From NCBI RefSeq assembly GCF_036588685.1, contig NC_086384.1, positions 4,650,001-4,714,000 on the forward strand: 64,000 nt of DNA, read 5' to 3'. Positions 1 through 10,936 of the stretch are shown here, piece by piece. The notes below the pieces were generated by a model. That model saw nothing but the letters and a program-made list of their open reading frames with translations, made no database searches and was not told the origin of the DNA. The translations under genes and the position numbers were made by a program. This stretch comes from Mytilus trossulus (lineage: Eukaryota). How positions within the stretch are numbered: position 1 is the stretch's first letter; each line of letters starts with the position of its first letter.

Positions 1-760
1 TCCCATCTTCTAAGTTATAATGGGCTACAGACCTAAAAAAAAATCATCTAGTGTGATTGAAAAAAACAATAAAAGTCCTCAACCAATACAATTTAAAATC
101 TAAATAACTGATGATATATTGGGTTAACTTTTTATGGCCTTAGCCTATATGTAGAAGGGTGACATTTTAATGGTTTATACATGTATGAAAAAAAAAAAAA
201 ATTACAATCCTGATATATAGTAAAAATATACATACAAACCAGTGAAATTTCACCAGTCCACATAAATGTTCAACACCATATTATTCTATTCATCAGTATC
301 AGGTCAGAGACTCTATATAGTCGTATAGTAAGCAAGTAAAAATGTAGATCTATAAATTTAACAGTCTGAAGAATTTTAAATTCTCTAGATAAATTGAATT
401 TTAAATTCAGATAGCCTTATTTTATACAAATCTATACATGGCTAGTTTGCAAAGACAACACATATACATTCATATTGGCCATATGAATTACTGTGGATTT
501 ATTTATAATTTGTTGATACCAGTTTTCATAGACATGATGGATGGAGGAAAACTTGCAATTTTGTGGATATTTGATTTTGTGGTTTTCCAAAAGTCTATAT
601 ACATGTAATCAAACACCAAATTCACAATTCATAGAACATTTAACTTCGTGGTTTCACTGTCCCAACAATAGAACATTTAACTTCGTGGTTTCACTGTCCC
701 AACAAAATACTTGAAAATTGGCAAATGCTGATAACAGTCACAAGCCTTTCATTCAAATAC

Positions 761-3279
761 CTTTCATCAGACAACTTCTCATTATTAAGAAACAGGTCAT
801 CCAATTTCAAACTGTTTCTGCACTGTTTTTTGACATTCTGAAAAAAGAGAGGTACAAAATTATGTATACATGTACATGTACAGAGAGTCTACTGTTAGTT
901 TTGATTGGACAGTTCTAGAATTTTGAGTTACAGTGGAAAAAATTTACAAAAATTCACAAAATTTATGAATATAATGTTAAAAATTGACTATAAATGGCAA
1001 TAACTTCTTAATGGGTCAATTGACCATTTTGATAAGGTTGACTTATTTGTATGTCTTACTTTGCTGTACATTATTGCTGTTTACAGTTTATCTCTATCTA
1101 TAATAATAGTAACCATGGTAACAATAATAACCAAAAGCTGCAAAATTTTCTTAAAATTACAAATTTAGGGTCAGCAACCAACAATGACCAAACAACAAGT
1201 TATCTATTTATCTGGAAATTTCAGGGCAGATAGATCTTGACTTGATAAACAATTTTACCCCCATATCAGATTTGCTCTAAATGCTTTGGTTTCAGAGATA
1301 TTAGCTAAAGGCTACATTTTACCCCTCTGTTCTATTTTAAGCCATGGCCGCCATCTTCATTGGTTGGCTGGGTCATTGGACACAATTTTAAACTAGATAC
1401 CCAAATGATGATTGTGACCAAGTTTGGTTAAATTTGGCCCAGTAGTTTCAGAGGAAAAGATTTTTGTAAAAGTTATCAATGTCAGACGGACGACTACGAC
1501 GGACGTCAAGTGATGAGAGATAAAAAGAGGGGATACAACTCCGAGAGCATCCCCCCTTTTTTCCCTGGATCAGCCACTGGTACACTACCTGCTTTACCTG
1601 ACCGAAGCTTAATAGAATTTTAACACAATTCAAAATTATTTTCATGGCATGAGATTTAAACCATCACTTTGATGATGACAAGACAATTACAAAATGTATA
1701 TTTTCAAATTGGAAAACATTTTTTTTATTGGTAAATAACTTGAAATTTTCTGTGGTTTTATCACAGTAGTCTTAACATTTAAGGGGGCTCGCAGGTCTAA
1801 ATGATTTTTTTTATTTAATATAGGATTTCGCTATATTTTTCTATAAATGAACTTTATCTTATTCTTAATAGAAAAATGAAATAAAAAAATGGGGTCACCG
1901 TTCATTTACGCTTACAATCTGCCTTCGCAAGAAGCATACATTTTTGTTAATGTCTGTTTTTTCTGTTGAACTAATAGGAGAAATAGCGGTAATATCGAAA
2001 TAAAAAAAGAACTAAATTACAGAAATCGCTTAAATTTTACAATTATTTAGTTTATGTACAGCTTATTCAAAAACAACAATAAAAAATATAGGTCACCGAT
2101 GAGTAAAAATAGATATTTCAATTTTAATGCCAAAAAAACGGCATTTTTGTACCAAAGGGAGATAATTCAGAGCTTTTCCAATGATATTGACATTTCAAAA
2201 GTCACCTGAGGTCAACATGAATTGATTTTTTGGAATGATTTTTGTAAAATATGATAAAGTAACAACTACTAAAGGTAATTAATAAAATTTGTAACGTGAA
2301 ATAAAACTTTATTTTTTTCTGAAAATCTTATACCCGCGAGCCTCCTTAAATTATTTGAAAGAGTGAAACATTACACATGTCTCTAGTCATGCTAGTTTCT
2401 CGTTTCTCGTTTTGTTTATATAGATTAGACCGTTGGTTTTCCCGTTTGAATGGTTTTACACTAGTAATTTTGGGGCCCTTTATAGCTTGTTGTTCGGTGT
2501 GAGCCAAGGCTCTGTGTTGAAGGCCGTACTTTAACCTATAATGGTTTAATTTTTAAATTGTTATTTGGATGGAGAGTTGTCTCATTGGCACTCACACCAC
2601 ATCTTCCTATATCTAGTTGGATTCTGGAAATTCAACCCAAAAGAAGAAATCTAATTAAATGAAATCTGCTGTAATACCACCAAAAGTTCACTTGTAAATT
2701 ATTTTTTAAACAACAGTTTCACTTGAACCAAGGACGTATAACTAACATATATCTATTATACGTCCTTGCTTGAACATTCTTGGAATCTAGCTGTAGGAGT
2801 GTAAAAGATATTTCATCTGCTTCACTGGCAACACATGCTTCATGTAATAAACCATTGTACTTTGAACCTTGTAGCTGACTGTATATAATGACAAGAAAAC
2901 TCAAATTGGCCTTGTCAATGTTGAAAAATAATCATAAAAGTAGACACATTTTATTTATTTGACAAGTGTAAAACATTCATTTGTGGTATTCCACGTTATA
3001 ATAATTTTGATTCTGAATAAAAAAAACATTCTTTAAAGATCGATATTTGGATTCTTTTTTACATCAATAAGCTTAGTCAAATTACAAACCCACACGAACA
3101 CATGGGTTTGTTTACAAACATTGTCATTTCCGGTTTAAAATATTAACCTCCTTGATGTTTCCTATGGTCGTCCCTGCATAATTAGCCACATCAACGTGAA
3201 GAAATCCGTATTCCTTAGATGCTGGATTGTACCTTGCTTTATTTCTTACAAATATTCGTATCTTTTTGTTCTGAAACAT
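761..3279 (-). CDS. 5' part of a gene encoding a protein with a probable N-terminal ubiquitin-like domain (exons 3279-3148 and 837-761; continues beyond the left edge)
   Basis: ATG at 3279 opens 44 codons (MFQNKKIRIFVRNKARYNPASKEYGFLHVDVANYAGTTIGNIKE) ending at GAG|GTTAAT. Acceptor TCTCTTTTTTCAG precedes an in-frame 77-nt exon (NVKKQCRNSLKLDDLFLNNEKLSDE-R) ending AG|GTATTT. TIGNIKE...LFLNNEKLSDER resembles ubiquitin TIENVK...LIFAGKQLEDGR. CCAAT box on the minus strand at ~3334-3338. Confidence 0.6.
945..1520 (-). mobile_element. Helentron-associated non-autonomous element, family A, partial copy
   Basis: Reverse complement of the ~502-bp unit and (CGTC)n 5' module seen at 17188-19953. Confidence 0.8.
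1783..2345. mobile_element. TTAA-targeting non-autonomous DNA transposon (Kolobok-like MITE)
   Basis: TTAA|GGGGGCTCGCAGGT ... ACCCGCGAGCCTCC|TTAA; imperfect TIRs; TTAA at 1779-1782 and 2346-2349. Confidence 0.8.
2392..2613 (+). repeat. SINE-like 3' tail repeat (related copies ~4510-4602 +, ~60288-60337 -, ~63077-63270 -)
   Basis: Shared ending GGAGAGTTGTCTCATTGGCA-x-CACACCACATCTTC recurs in the window on both strands. Confidence 0.65.
2729..2768. mobile_element. 40-bp minimal TIR element with 7-bp TSD
   Basis: Perfect 13-bp TIRs CAAGGACGTATAA / TTATACGTCCTTG, 14-bp spacer, flanked by CTTGAAC (2722-2728, 2769-2775). Confidence 0.7.
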
Positions 3280-3681
3280 CTCCTCAGCATCTCAAACTTT
3301 TTTCTCTGGACGAAAAGCGCGCGTACTAATTTGATTGGTTTGAAGAATGAAAAAGAAAAAAATATATTAAAATATTGAGATATATGAATTGATTCACAGT
3401 TTTATCGTTACAATATCAAAGAAATGTGCTATGTTTATGCATTTTTTTCACCCTATTTTTTTTTATCTTTTTTTTGCATGAGTGGTTTCGTCCCAATTAC
3501 GTTTCGGTTCATCTTCCTTAGAACTATCGCATAACTCGGCCTAAATACTCGGTCTATCATATGATAGGACTATCACAAATTCGGACTGAATAACAAATTC
3601 GGCCTTTTATTATCTACGAAGAGAACTCGAACTAGTATTTATGGATTGTATTGTAATTTTTTTTATTTACTTTTTTAAAAA

Positions 3682-4303
3682 GGGCATACGATACAGTTAC
3701 AGGGGAGGTAATGACGTTGCCAACGTAAAATGTTATTTTCGCGATGTCAAAGTGTGACATATCGGGAAAAGATGCATTTTTCGACTGATTTTTATCATTC
3801 AAACTGATTTAATTTGAAAACGAGTTCATGGACCCCTATTTTTCAAAAGGGAAATTTGTTTCATTTTGCAGGGAGATTATGTGACCTAAATGTTATAAAA
3901 CTGTAAATAGAGGATTTTTTTAAATTATGATAAATATGCAACAAAAAATGACGTTTTTTCCTCAATTCATGAACATTTTATAAATATAAGTTATTTCTGA
4001 ATTAAAAAATGTATAATTTTTTTAGAATACTTATAAAATACAGAAATTAACGATTATAATTTAACAAAAAACAATTTGTGTTTATCTTTTATAACAAAAA
4101 AGTTATGTCTTTCTTTAGAAAAAGAAATTATGTCCACAAATCTGAATTTTGAGCAAATATACAAAATTTCGACCTCATTTAACTCAAAAGAAGCACATGA
4201 AGGTATATATTTATTACATATTTTATTTAATCAGGTAAAAAATAGCTTACATCCAAATTTTCATAAACTTGTAAATACAGGATCAAAACTGTATCGTATG
4301 CCC
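3682..4303. mobile_element. Non-autonomous DNA transposon (Kolobok-like MITE)
   Basis: TIRs GGGCATACGATACAGTT / AACTGTATCGTATGCCC; TTAA on the right, TTAAAAA on the left. Confidence 0.75.
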
Positions 4304-4947
4304 TTAAAGCTCTATACGAATTGTGTAAATGTGTTTGAGAATTTCTTATATGATATAAAAAAATTATCAACGGCAAGTAAAATTATAAAAGAAAAAAATC
4401 TAGAGTTGGCGGAGATATCCGGGTGTCTTCATTTTGAAATCGAACACTGGGTAAAGTTAATTAGTATATAAGACACTTTTAATAATAAATTTCAAACGAA
4501 GTTTGCACCGTACGGTGACTTATAGTTGTTAATGTCTGTGTCACGTTGGTCTTTTGTGGATAGTTGTTTCATTGGCAATCATAGCACATCTTCTTTTTTA
4601 TATTTGTGTTTATAATAAAAACATATACATCCGAAATTCAGAGTCATTATAACTATATAATTAAAGCACTTTTGATTGGTTCTACAAAAAATGCGACTTT
4701 CCATAACAATGTTGATATAAAACAGTTCTGTTATTAATTAACGTGATGGCTAAACCTAACAGAAAGCACAATGTACACTAGTTCGCCTATAGGTGGTCAT
4801 ATATATGCGCTGTGTTCCTCTATATAAAAATAATGAGCATCGACAATAAGGAAAAAAAAACGTGCGTGTATGGATTGATCGATTGTGCTATTTCGTGCAT
4901 GGCGATAAGTTTTTAATTGGTGAATGAAGCCAGAATGCCAGCGGAAT

Positions 4948-5082
4948 CGGCACGGGACATTTGCGCTTTTTCATAGGACATTTGCGCTTTTTTTTGTGGA
5001 CACTTGCGCTTCAAAACATAGGACATTTGCGCTTTTTAAAAATGGACATTTGCGCTTTTCACATAGGACATTTGCGCTTTTT
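4948..5082 (+). repeat. Short tandem array (GGACATTTGCGCTTTT core, ~6 copies), probable terminal arm of a foldback-type element
   Basis: Starts CGGCACGGGACATTTGCGC, similar to the reverse complement of the element end at 60943 (CGGTCGTATGACATTTGCGC). Confidence 0.6.
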
Positions 5083-5194
5083 TTATATATATATCTATAT
5101 CCTGGCAGCGGAATACCACACATGCACTCTCCGTAGGAAAACTTAAAATCCCAGTCAATTAATTTATAATGCCAGATTGCATGGACTCTGAACC

Positions 5195-5280
5195 TGTCGG
5201 GCGCAGGATTCTAACTCACAACCTCAGTGTTGACTGGCTAGTGATACAGTAGTTCGACTGCTTATAGACCTTTAGACCAC
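5195..5280 (-). mobile_element. tRNA-derived SINE head fragment
   Basis: Minus strand reads GTGGTCTAA (A-box-like) ... GAGGTTGTGAGTTAGAATCC (B-box-like); no complete cloverleaf. Confidence 0.5.
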
Positions 5281-7479
5281 AGAGGAGAGGCTGTACTCTT
5301 TTTTTTTCTTTCTTTTTTTTTTTCTTTTTTTTTTTTTATTAAACTCGAGATATTCTACATTTTAGAGCGATGGTGTTCATAGGGCCCGAAAATGCAGATA
5401 CGTTTCAACTAGATTCTAAATATATATTGCTTCACCTTTATGGATACTCATGGTTCTATATCCTATTGGTACTGTTTATTTGTAGTTTAGTATTTTACAA
5501 GATCGAGCGTGTCTCAAACTGTTTACACTAAATTTGTTGGATGTGTGCTAATTGATATACCCAAGTTAACCTGGAATAAAATGATTGATTCGGTAATAGT
5601 TGATATTAACTTTTAACTAGATTTAGGTAGCTGCGAGTACTCTGTGTCTATTTTTTTTTTTTTTTTTGCATGTTGTATCGATCTATTAAGGTAAGCCATT
5701 TACAACTGATTTTACAGTATGTTTTTCTTATTTTGTGGTGTTACACCTATGTCCCGTATGGTGGGAGTTTTGAGCGCTCACAAAAATACGTTGACCATGT
5801 CCACAATATTATGTGTCTGTACTAAGCCTGTAACCCAGTGTTTGTCATCGGTCATTTCTGTCATATTTGTTTTTCATAAATGGTATTGTTATAAATAAGT
5901 CGTTAGTTCTACTAGTTTGAATTGTGCCAGATTGTTCATGGTGGGTGCTATTATATGCATGATGTTCTCTCATTGTCGAAGGCCATAAGGTGACCTATTT
6001 AATTGCTTATGTCTTCGTCATTTCAAAATTGAACTCATGATGCATGAGGGTTTGGATGGGGTTAAATGATTACTGAATTATGCCCTTAAAAAATTAAGAT
6101 AAGAGAATAACGGGCAAAAAAATGAAGATGTTTACAGAATAACATGCAGACCCCCCCCTCCCCAATCCAGACCCTCCTGCATGGTAAGCCGCCTTATTGG
6201 CAGCTATGCCATATCTCCTTATTTGTAATCTTAGTATTCCTAGAAAATTGAATCATATAAAATCCGGAGTTACATCAGTTCTGGACAACACTTTTCAAAA
6301 TATAAATAAATGATCATATCGAAAAGATCGACTCTTCCAAGATGAAAGTATATATAAACTATCATCTTCTGGCTCATGTCATTCCACTTTCACAAGTTGT
6401 AAATTTTCATCACACTTTCAACTGATCTCATTAATATGGAACACAAACATCCAGCAAACTATATTTTCAAAGCAAACAATTGAAATTTAATGGTTATGTT
6501 TCATCTAAAGACATTCTGCATTAACAACAATGTACAACCAAGAAAAAATAAATCACACATAAATTAGAATAGTGCTGCAATGCTTGGCACCTTCACAAAA
6601 AAAAACATAAGTGCACTAGAACAAGTACAGTGTATTGCAACAAGATACATGATATGTGACAGACATCCCAACACCAGCAGTACATCTAGCATATGTGGCT
6701 GAACTCTAATTTAACAAGATATACAACTTTTGATTTTATTTCTTCTGTCAAAACGTGTAAAGACTTGCATAAACAAAACACACCCAGACATCTCCAAATA
6801 TACATTTTCATACAAAAACCTTTCAATTATGTTCATGTTTGATACCTACCTATACTTGCATGTTAAAATAAATAGACTAGATCTATACATGTAGAAAAAA
6901 ATAAAGACATAATCTCAGATCAAAAGAAAAATTGTGAAATATCTATGTAAATTAAGGTTTGGTATAACAAGATCCTTTTGAACTAGGATATAAATATGCC
7001 CCGATATGAATAGAACTGAAATTGTTTTACCCGGTATTTATTTTTTCATGATTTCAGAATTTGTGTCGGTTCAAGTTCACAAAAGTTATTATTATTATAT
7101 TTATTAAATCTTTTCCACACAGACTCTTCAATTTTAATTTGTTTTCCTCGTGTTTAAAGTGGCCCATACTTTTTTTTTTATATATATATTTTTTATACTT
7201 AAATATAAATGAGTGCTGATTATTGAATTATTTTGTTTATAAATATCAAATTTTTATCACGATTTTTTTGTAGAACTCTATATCACTTTTTTTTTTTTTT
7301 TATCTTAATCTTGTTAAGATAACATGTTATCTTAGAGACTAACAACACATTAATCCCTTCCGCTTTTGCGTAGTAAACTTCAGCATATTCTAAATTAAGA
7401 TACGGATAGGGTCGATTCGATAAGGGTTTTAAGGGTCGAAGGAAGCAGGTTCTTGTAAATGCGGTAAATATTATTTATT

Positions 7480-7646
7480 CATTTGATTGGCTAATTTGGA
7501 GTTCAGCGGGACATGTGAAATATTGCGCCAAATTTGATGTAAACAAAGAACTATCAACTTCATGTACAGGATTAGCAGAGACGATGATTGGGCTACAACA
7601 CTTAAATCTAGGTTCTTTTACGATTTCTTAATATTCTATTTATACG
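7480..7646 (+). promoter_or_regulatory. Candidate TK2 promoter and first coding exon
   Basis: Locally CpG-richer segment with inverted CCAAT (ATTGG ~7486). ATG 7562 opens 28 codons +1 nt to ACG|GTATTT (7646); alternatively ATG 7584 runs to 7611. Both give the phase-1 junction needed by exon 15058. No homology support. Confidence 0.3.
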
Positions 7647-9160
7647 GTATTTACCAAATATATTTGCGTGAATAAAGAAATCAACAGACCAACAAAGAAT
7701 CATTTAAATTGTAAAAAAAAATACTGACAAAAAAAGGGGAAATCGTTTTGTGAAGATATTCCTGGCTGCTTACCAATTAAAACATTTCGTATTCTACGAA
7801 TTAACTATTTGATTATCATATTATATGACAAACAATTATAATAAAAGTATTAGTTGTGATTTTACCTAAAAAAGAGGGGATAGTAAATTAAGCCCTTTAC
7901 TGTCTTTAGATTTTCATTTTTGTATGTACCGTTAAGGGCGTTAGCATCAAATTGAATAATATTTGGAAAAATTTATCGCGATGTGTTAAAATCAGTCAAA
8001 TTTTTTTATCGTCCAATACAAGAGGCTAGTAATGCCCTTTACCTTCCGGCGTCACACAGCCATTTTCGGCTATTGTGCGTCAAATTGATTAAAATATACT
8101 GAGATTCAAAATATCGTGATTTGTCAGAGGTCTCAAATAATTATCGTTACCATTATATTTGGAAAACAATTAACGTAATTCGTCAAAACATTTGATTTTT
8201 TTATCGTCCAAAAGAAAGTGCATATTTTATCATCATGCACTAAAAATTACTGTTAACGTCATTTGGCAAGAATTTTTACTGTTATTTGTCATGAAGGTAC
8301 CCCCATTATTATGGATGTAATATCCTAACTTTAATATTGATCCGGAATATATGTCCGTCATTTCATTCCGTATATTACTATGTACAATGGGCTATTCCAG
8401 AAATAATCCATCCCCCCCCTATGGAAGACATCAGTTGTGAAAAAAAAAATCCATGGAAATAATTTTCACCATTGCCAAAATTTTCCGGAATTCCAGCATT
8501 TGAAATTATAATTGTACTTTAAAATACTGGAATTTTTTTCATGATGCTGTCAATATGTCTGGAAATTTGAGTGTAAAGGTCGGAAGCAATACCTATGGAA
8601 GACATCATATTTTAATATTTTGTCTGAAATTTATCTGTTTCTGTCTAAATATGCCAAAAAAATCTGGAATTTATTTAGTAATACATGTACATGTAAATGC
8701 AGTCATAACCATGAGAAGCGTATCTAAAAGTTTATAATTTAGGGCAAACATATTCCGGAATAAAAACTACTTTTTAAACTTTAACAGCGTATACATGTAC
8801 ATGACATGACGTACTCATTATATTGGAATTTCCTATAAACAAATCAGAATTTCTTTCCAGAATAGTAATGTAATGTTTCATTATTATATATTTTTAAAGT
8901 AACGAAATAGGATTTAATAAAAGCACAAACATCAAATTAATAGCTGGTAAGAATGCATGGGAAAATTGATAAAGAGATAATTGATTTGACCACACAATTG
9001 GAAACATTTACAAACATCACAAGATTATGACATCTAATTAGTTTCTGACACTTGTCATGCTTGTGATATAAACAGGCAAGTTGAAAACTTGACCTTCATC
9101 CATATGTCCAGATTTTATCATGGTAAATGTAAGGAAGCTTGAAATAGTGACCATGGTGAC

Positions 9161-10377
9161 CAGGGGCGGATCCAGGATTTCAAGTTAGGGGGGGCGCAAA
9201 ATTTTTATATTCGCCGAGCGGAGCGAGGCAAAAAAAAATTTGGAGGTAAAATTATTGAAATATTTTTCGAAAGAGAGTGCAATGTAGATAGTCGAATTGT
9301 TGTGTGGTAAAACAAGGGACAAATTAAAGTTTCAAGCTGAAACCCCATAAATCCTCCCCATACAACTTACAATCGCCATATTTAACAAGAAATATTTTAG
9401 GTTCAATTCATTGAGACTACCCCCATATATTTCCCAGCAAACGGGACTGAAGACAATAAGGATAGAGACAGAACTCAGTCCGGAATACACAATTAAGCTG
9501 ATCCTCCATATAAAAAATATAGCGATGTTGTGTCAATGGTTGCTTGGAAAACTTGTGTTGCATTCATATTAATCAATCGAATATCTTCAGGGGGGAAACA
9601 ATAACGATTTTATTAGATTTGTATACATCCTATTGGTTCCTCCGTACCAAATATCAAGTGACTGACTGGCGGATGGACGGACAAAGGTAAAACAATATGT
9701 CCATGTTCCACGATGAACCTCCGAGTAGTGATGGCAAGGTCTCCTACAAATTGGAAAAATCTACAAAAACCCACTAAGGAATTCATATTCCATATATGAG
9801 TTTATCAAGCTACAGTTATAAAGCTGCAGTCCTAAAAACAGAAGCTTAAGATCATGTGAACATTTTACTTTGATTCTGTAATCCTATGCAAACCAATTTA
9901 CAACCAAGACACCAGCACTTGTTGTAAAAATGTCTATATAGCAATATCGGGTAATATCTTAACTAAACATTGAAAGACAAGGTGCGGGTAGTTGTAACAT
10001 AAAGAAATACTGGATCACCACCAAAAAAAACCTGTTGTTTTGCACATCGCCAATGTGTCTACAGAAGACTCATCAGTGACGCTCAGTTCAAAATAGTTAT
10101 AAAGCCAAACATTGTATTTGTCAAAAAGGCAACTCCACGTTTGACACCTTCCATTGAAGTATACAATATTTATAGAACTTAAATAAATCTTCGGAAAGTT
10201 GATTTGTAATCACGTTAACGCTTATCCTGTTAAAATGACTGTTTTATATACTTTGAATGTTAAAAAGATGGAATGGTCTCTTCAAGTGTGATACTTAAAA
10301 AAGTTGAAGACAACCTATGCTTTGCAAATTTTAGGGGGGGCGCACGCCCGCCACGCCCCCGCCTAAATCTGCCCCTG
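9161..10377. mobile_element. Nested non-autonomous DNA transposon with 5-bp TSD
   Basis: GTGAC|CAGGGGCGGAT ... ATCTGCCCCTG|GTGAC. Confidence 0.75.
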
Positions 10378-10399
10378 GTGACCAGCTCATCCCTACCAC

Positions 10400-10936
10400 T
10401 TATTGAAATTGAATTTCCTGTTATTCAACAACTCTACCTGCTAAAGTTCACTTATGAATGCAATAAGTATTCCATAAAATTTCTAGACCTTGAAATCTTC
10501 AAAGACAAAAACATGAAAATACTGGTGTTTTAGATATAAAAAGCCATAAAAAAAAACACAGAAAATTTCCAATATCTTTAAAAACTCAAACACCCCATTT
10601 GGAACTTTAAATCCTATATCAAAGGCAAAGTTATTCATAACCTAGAAACACAAACCAGAAAAAAAAACTTTTATGAACTGAAATTAGTAAAACAAATTAT
10701 AGTCAAATTCCAAGACAGACAATGCAAGATAAAATAAAGAAAAAGAACCAAGTTGAATATCAATGAAATGTATCAATCATTATATATTATCATCCTCAAG
10801 CAGAGAAACTTCAAAAGGTATGCAGGAAATACTGGCATCTTATTAAAACAGATTCTTCAATAGGTGCTATATATCCTATTAAAACCTATCCATAGGATTC
10901 AAAAGAAATAGAACATTGGTGAATTAGTGAAATGAG
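10400..10936 (+). pseudogene. Decayed Penelope-like retroelement reverse transcriptase C-terminus
   Basis: Frameshifted fragments LKFTYECNKYSIKFLDLEIFK, LDIKSH, TENFQYL, FKSYIKG, HPQAEKLQKVCRKYWHLIKTD, IGFKRNRNIGELV match the recalled PLE pattern (LKFT.E....FLD..., KHW.IL..D, AYRR..NL..LV). Confidence 0.65.

Noticed and set aside
2719-2904. 61-aa minus-strand ORF as an exon of the ubiquitin-like gene
   Set aside because: Spans the 40-bp insertion, and the flanking exons join in frame without it.
4076-4471. 131-aa ORF
   Set aside because: Starts inside a MITE and crosses its TIR; non-ATG start; no motif.
5195-5280. Possible tRNA gene
   Set aside because: A/B-box-like motifs but no acceptor stem or cloverleaf; fits a SINE head.
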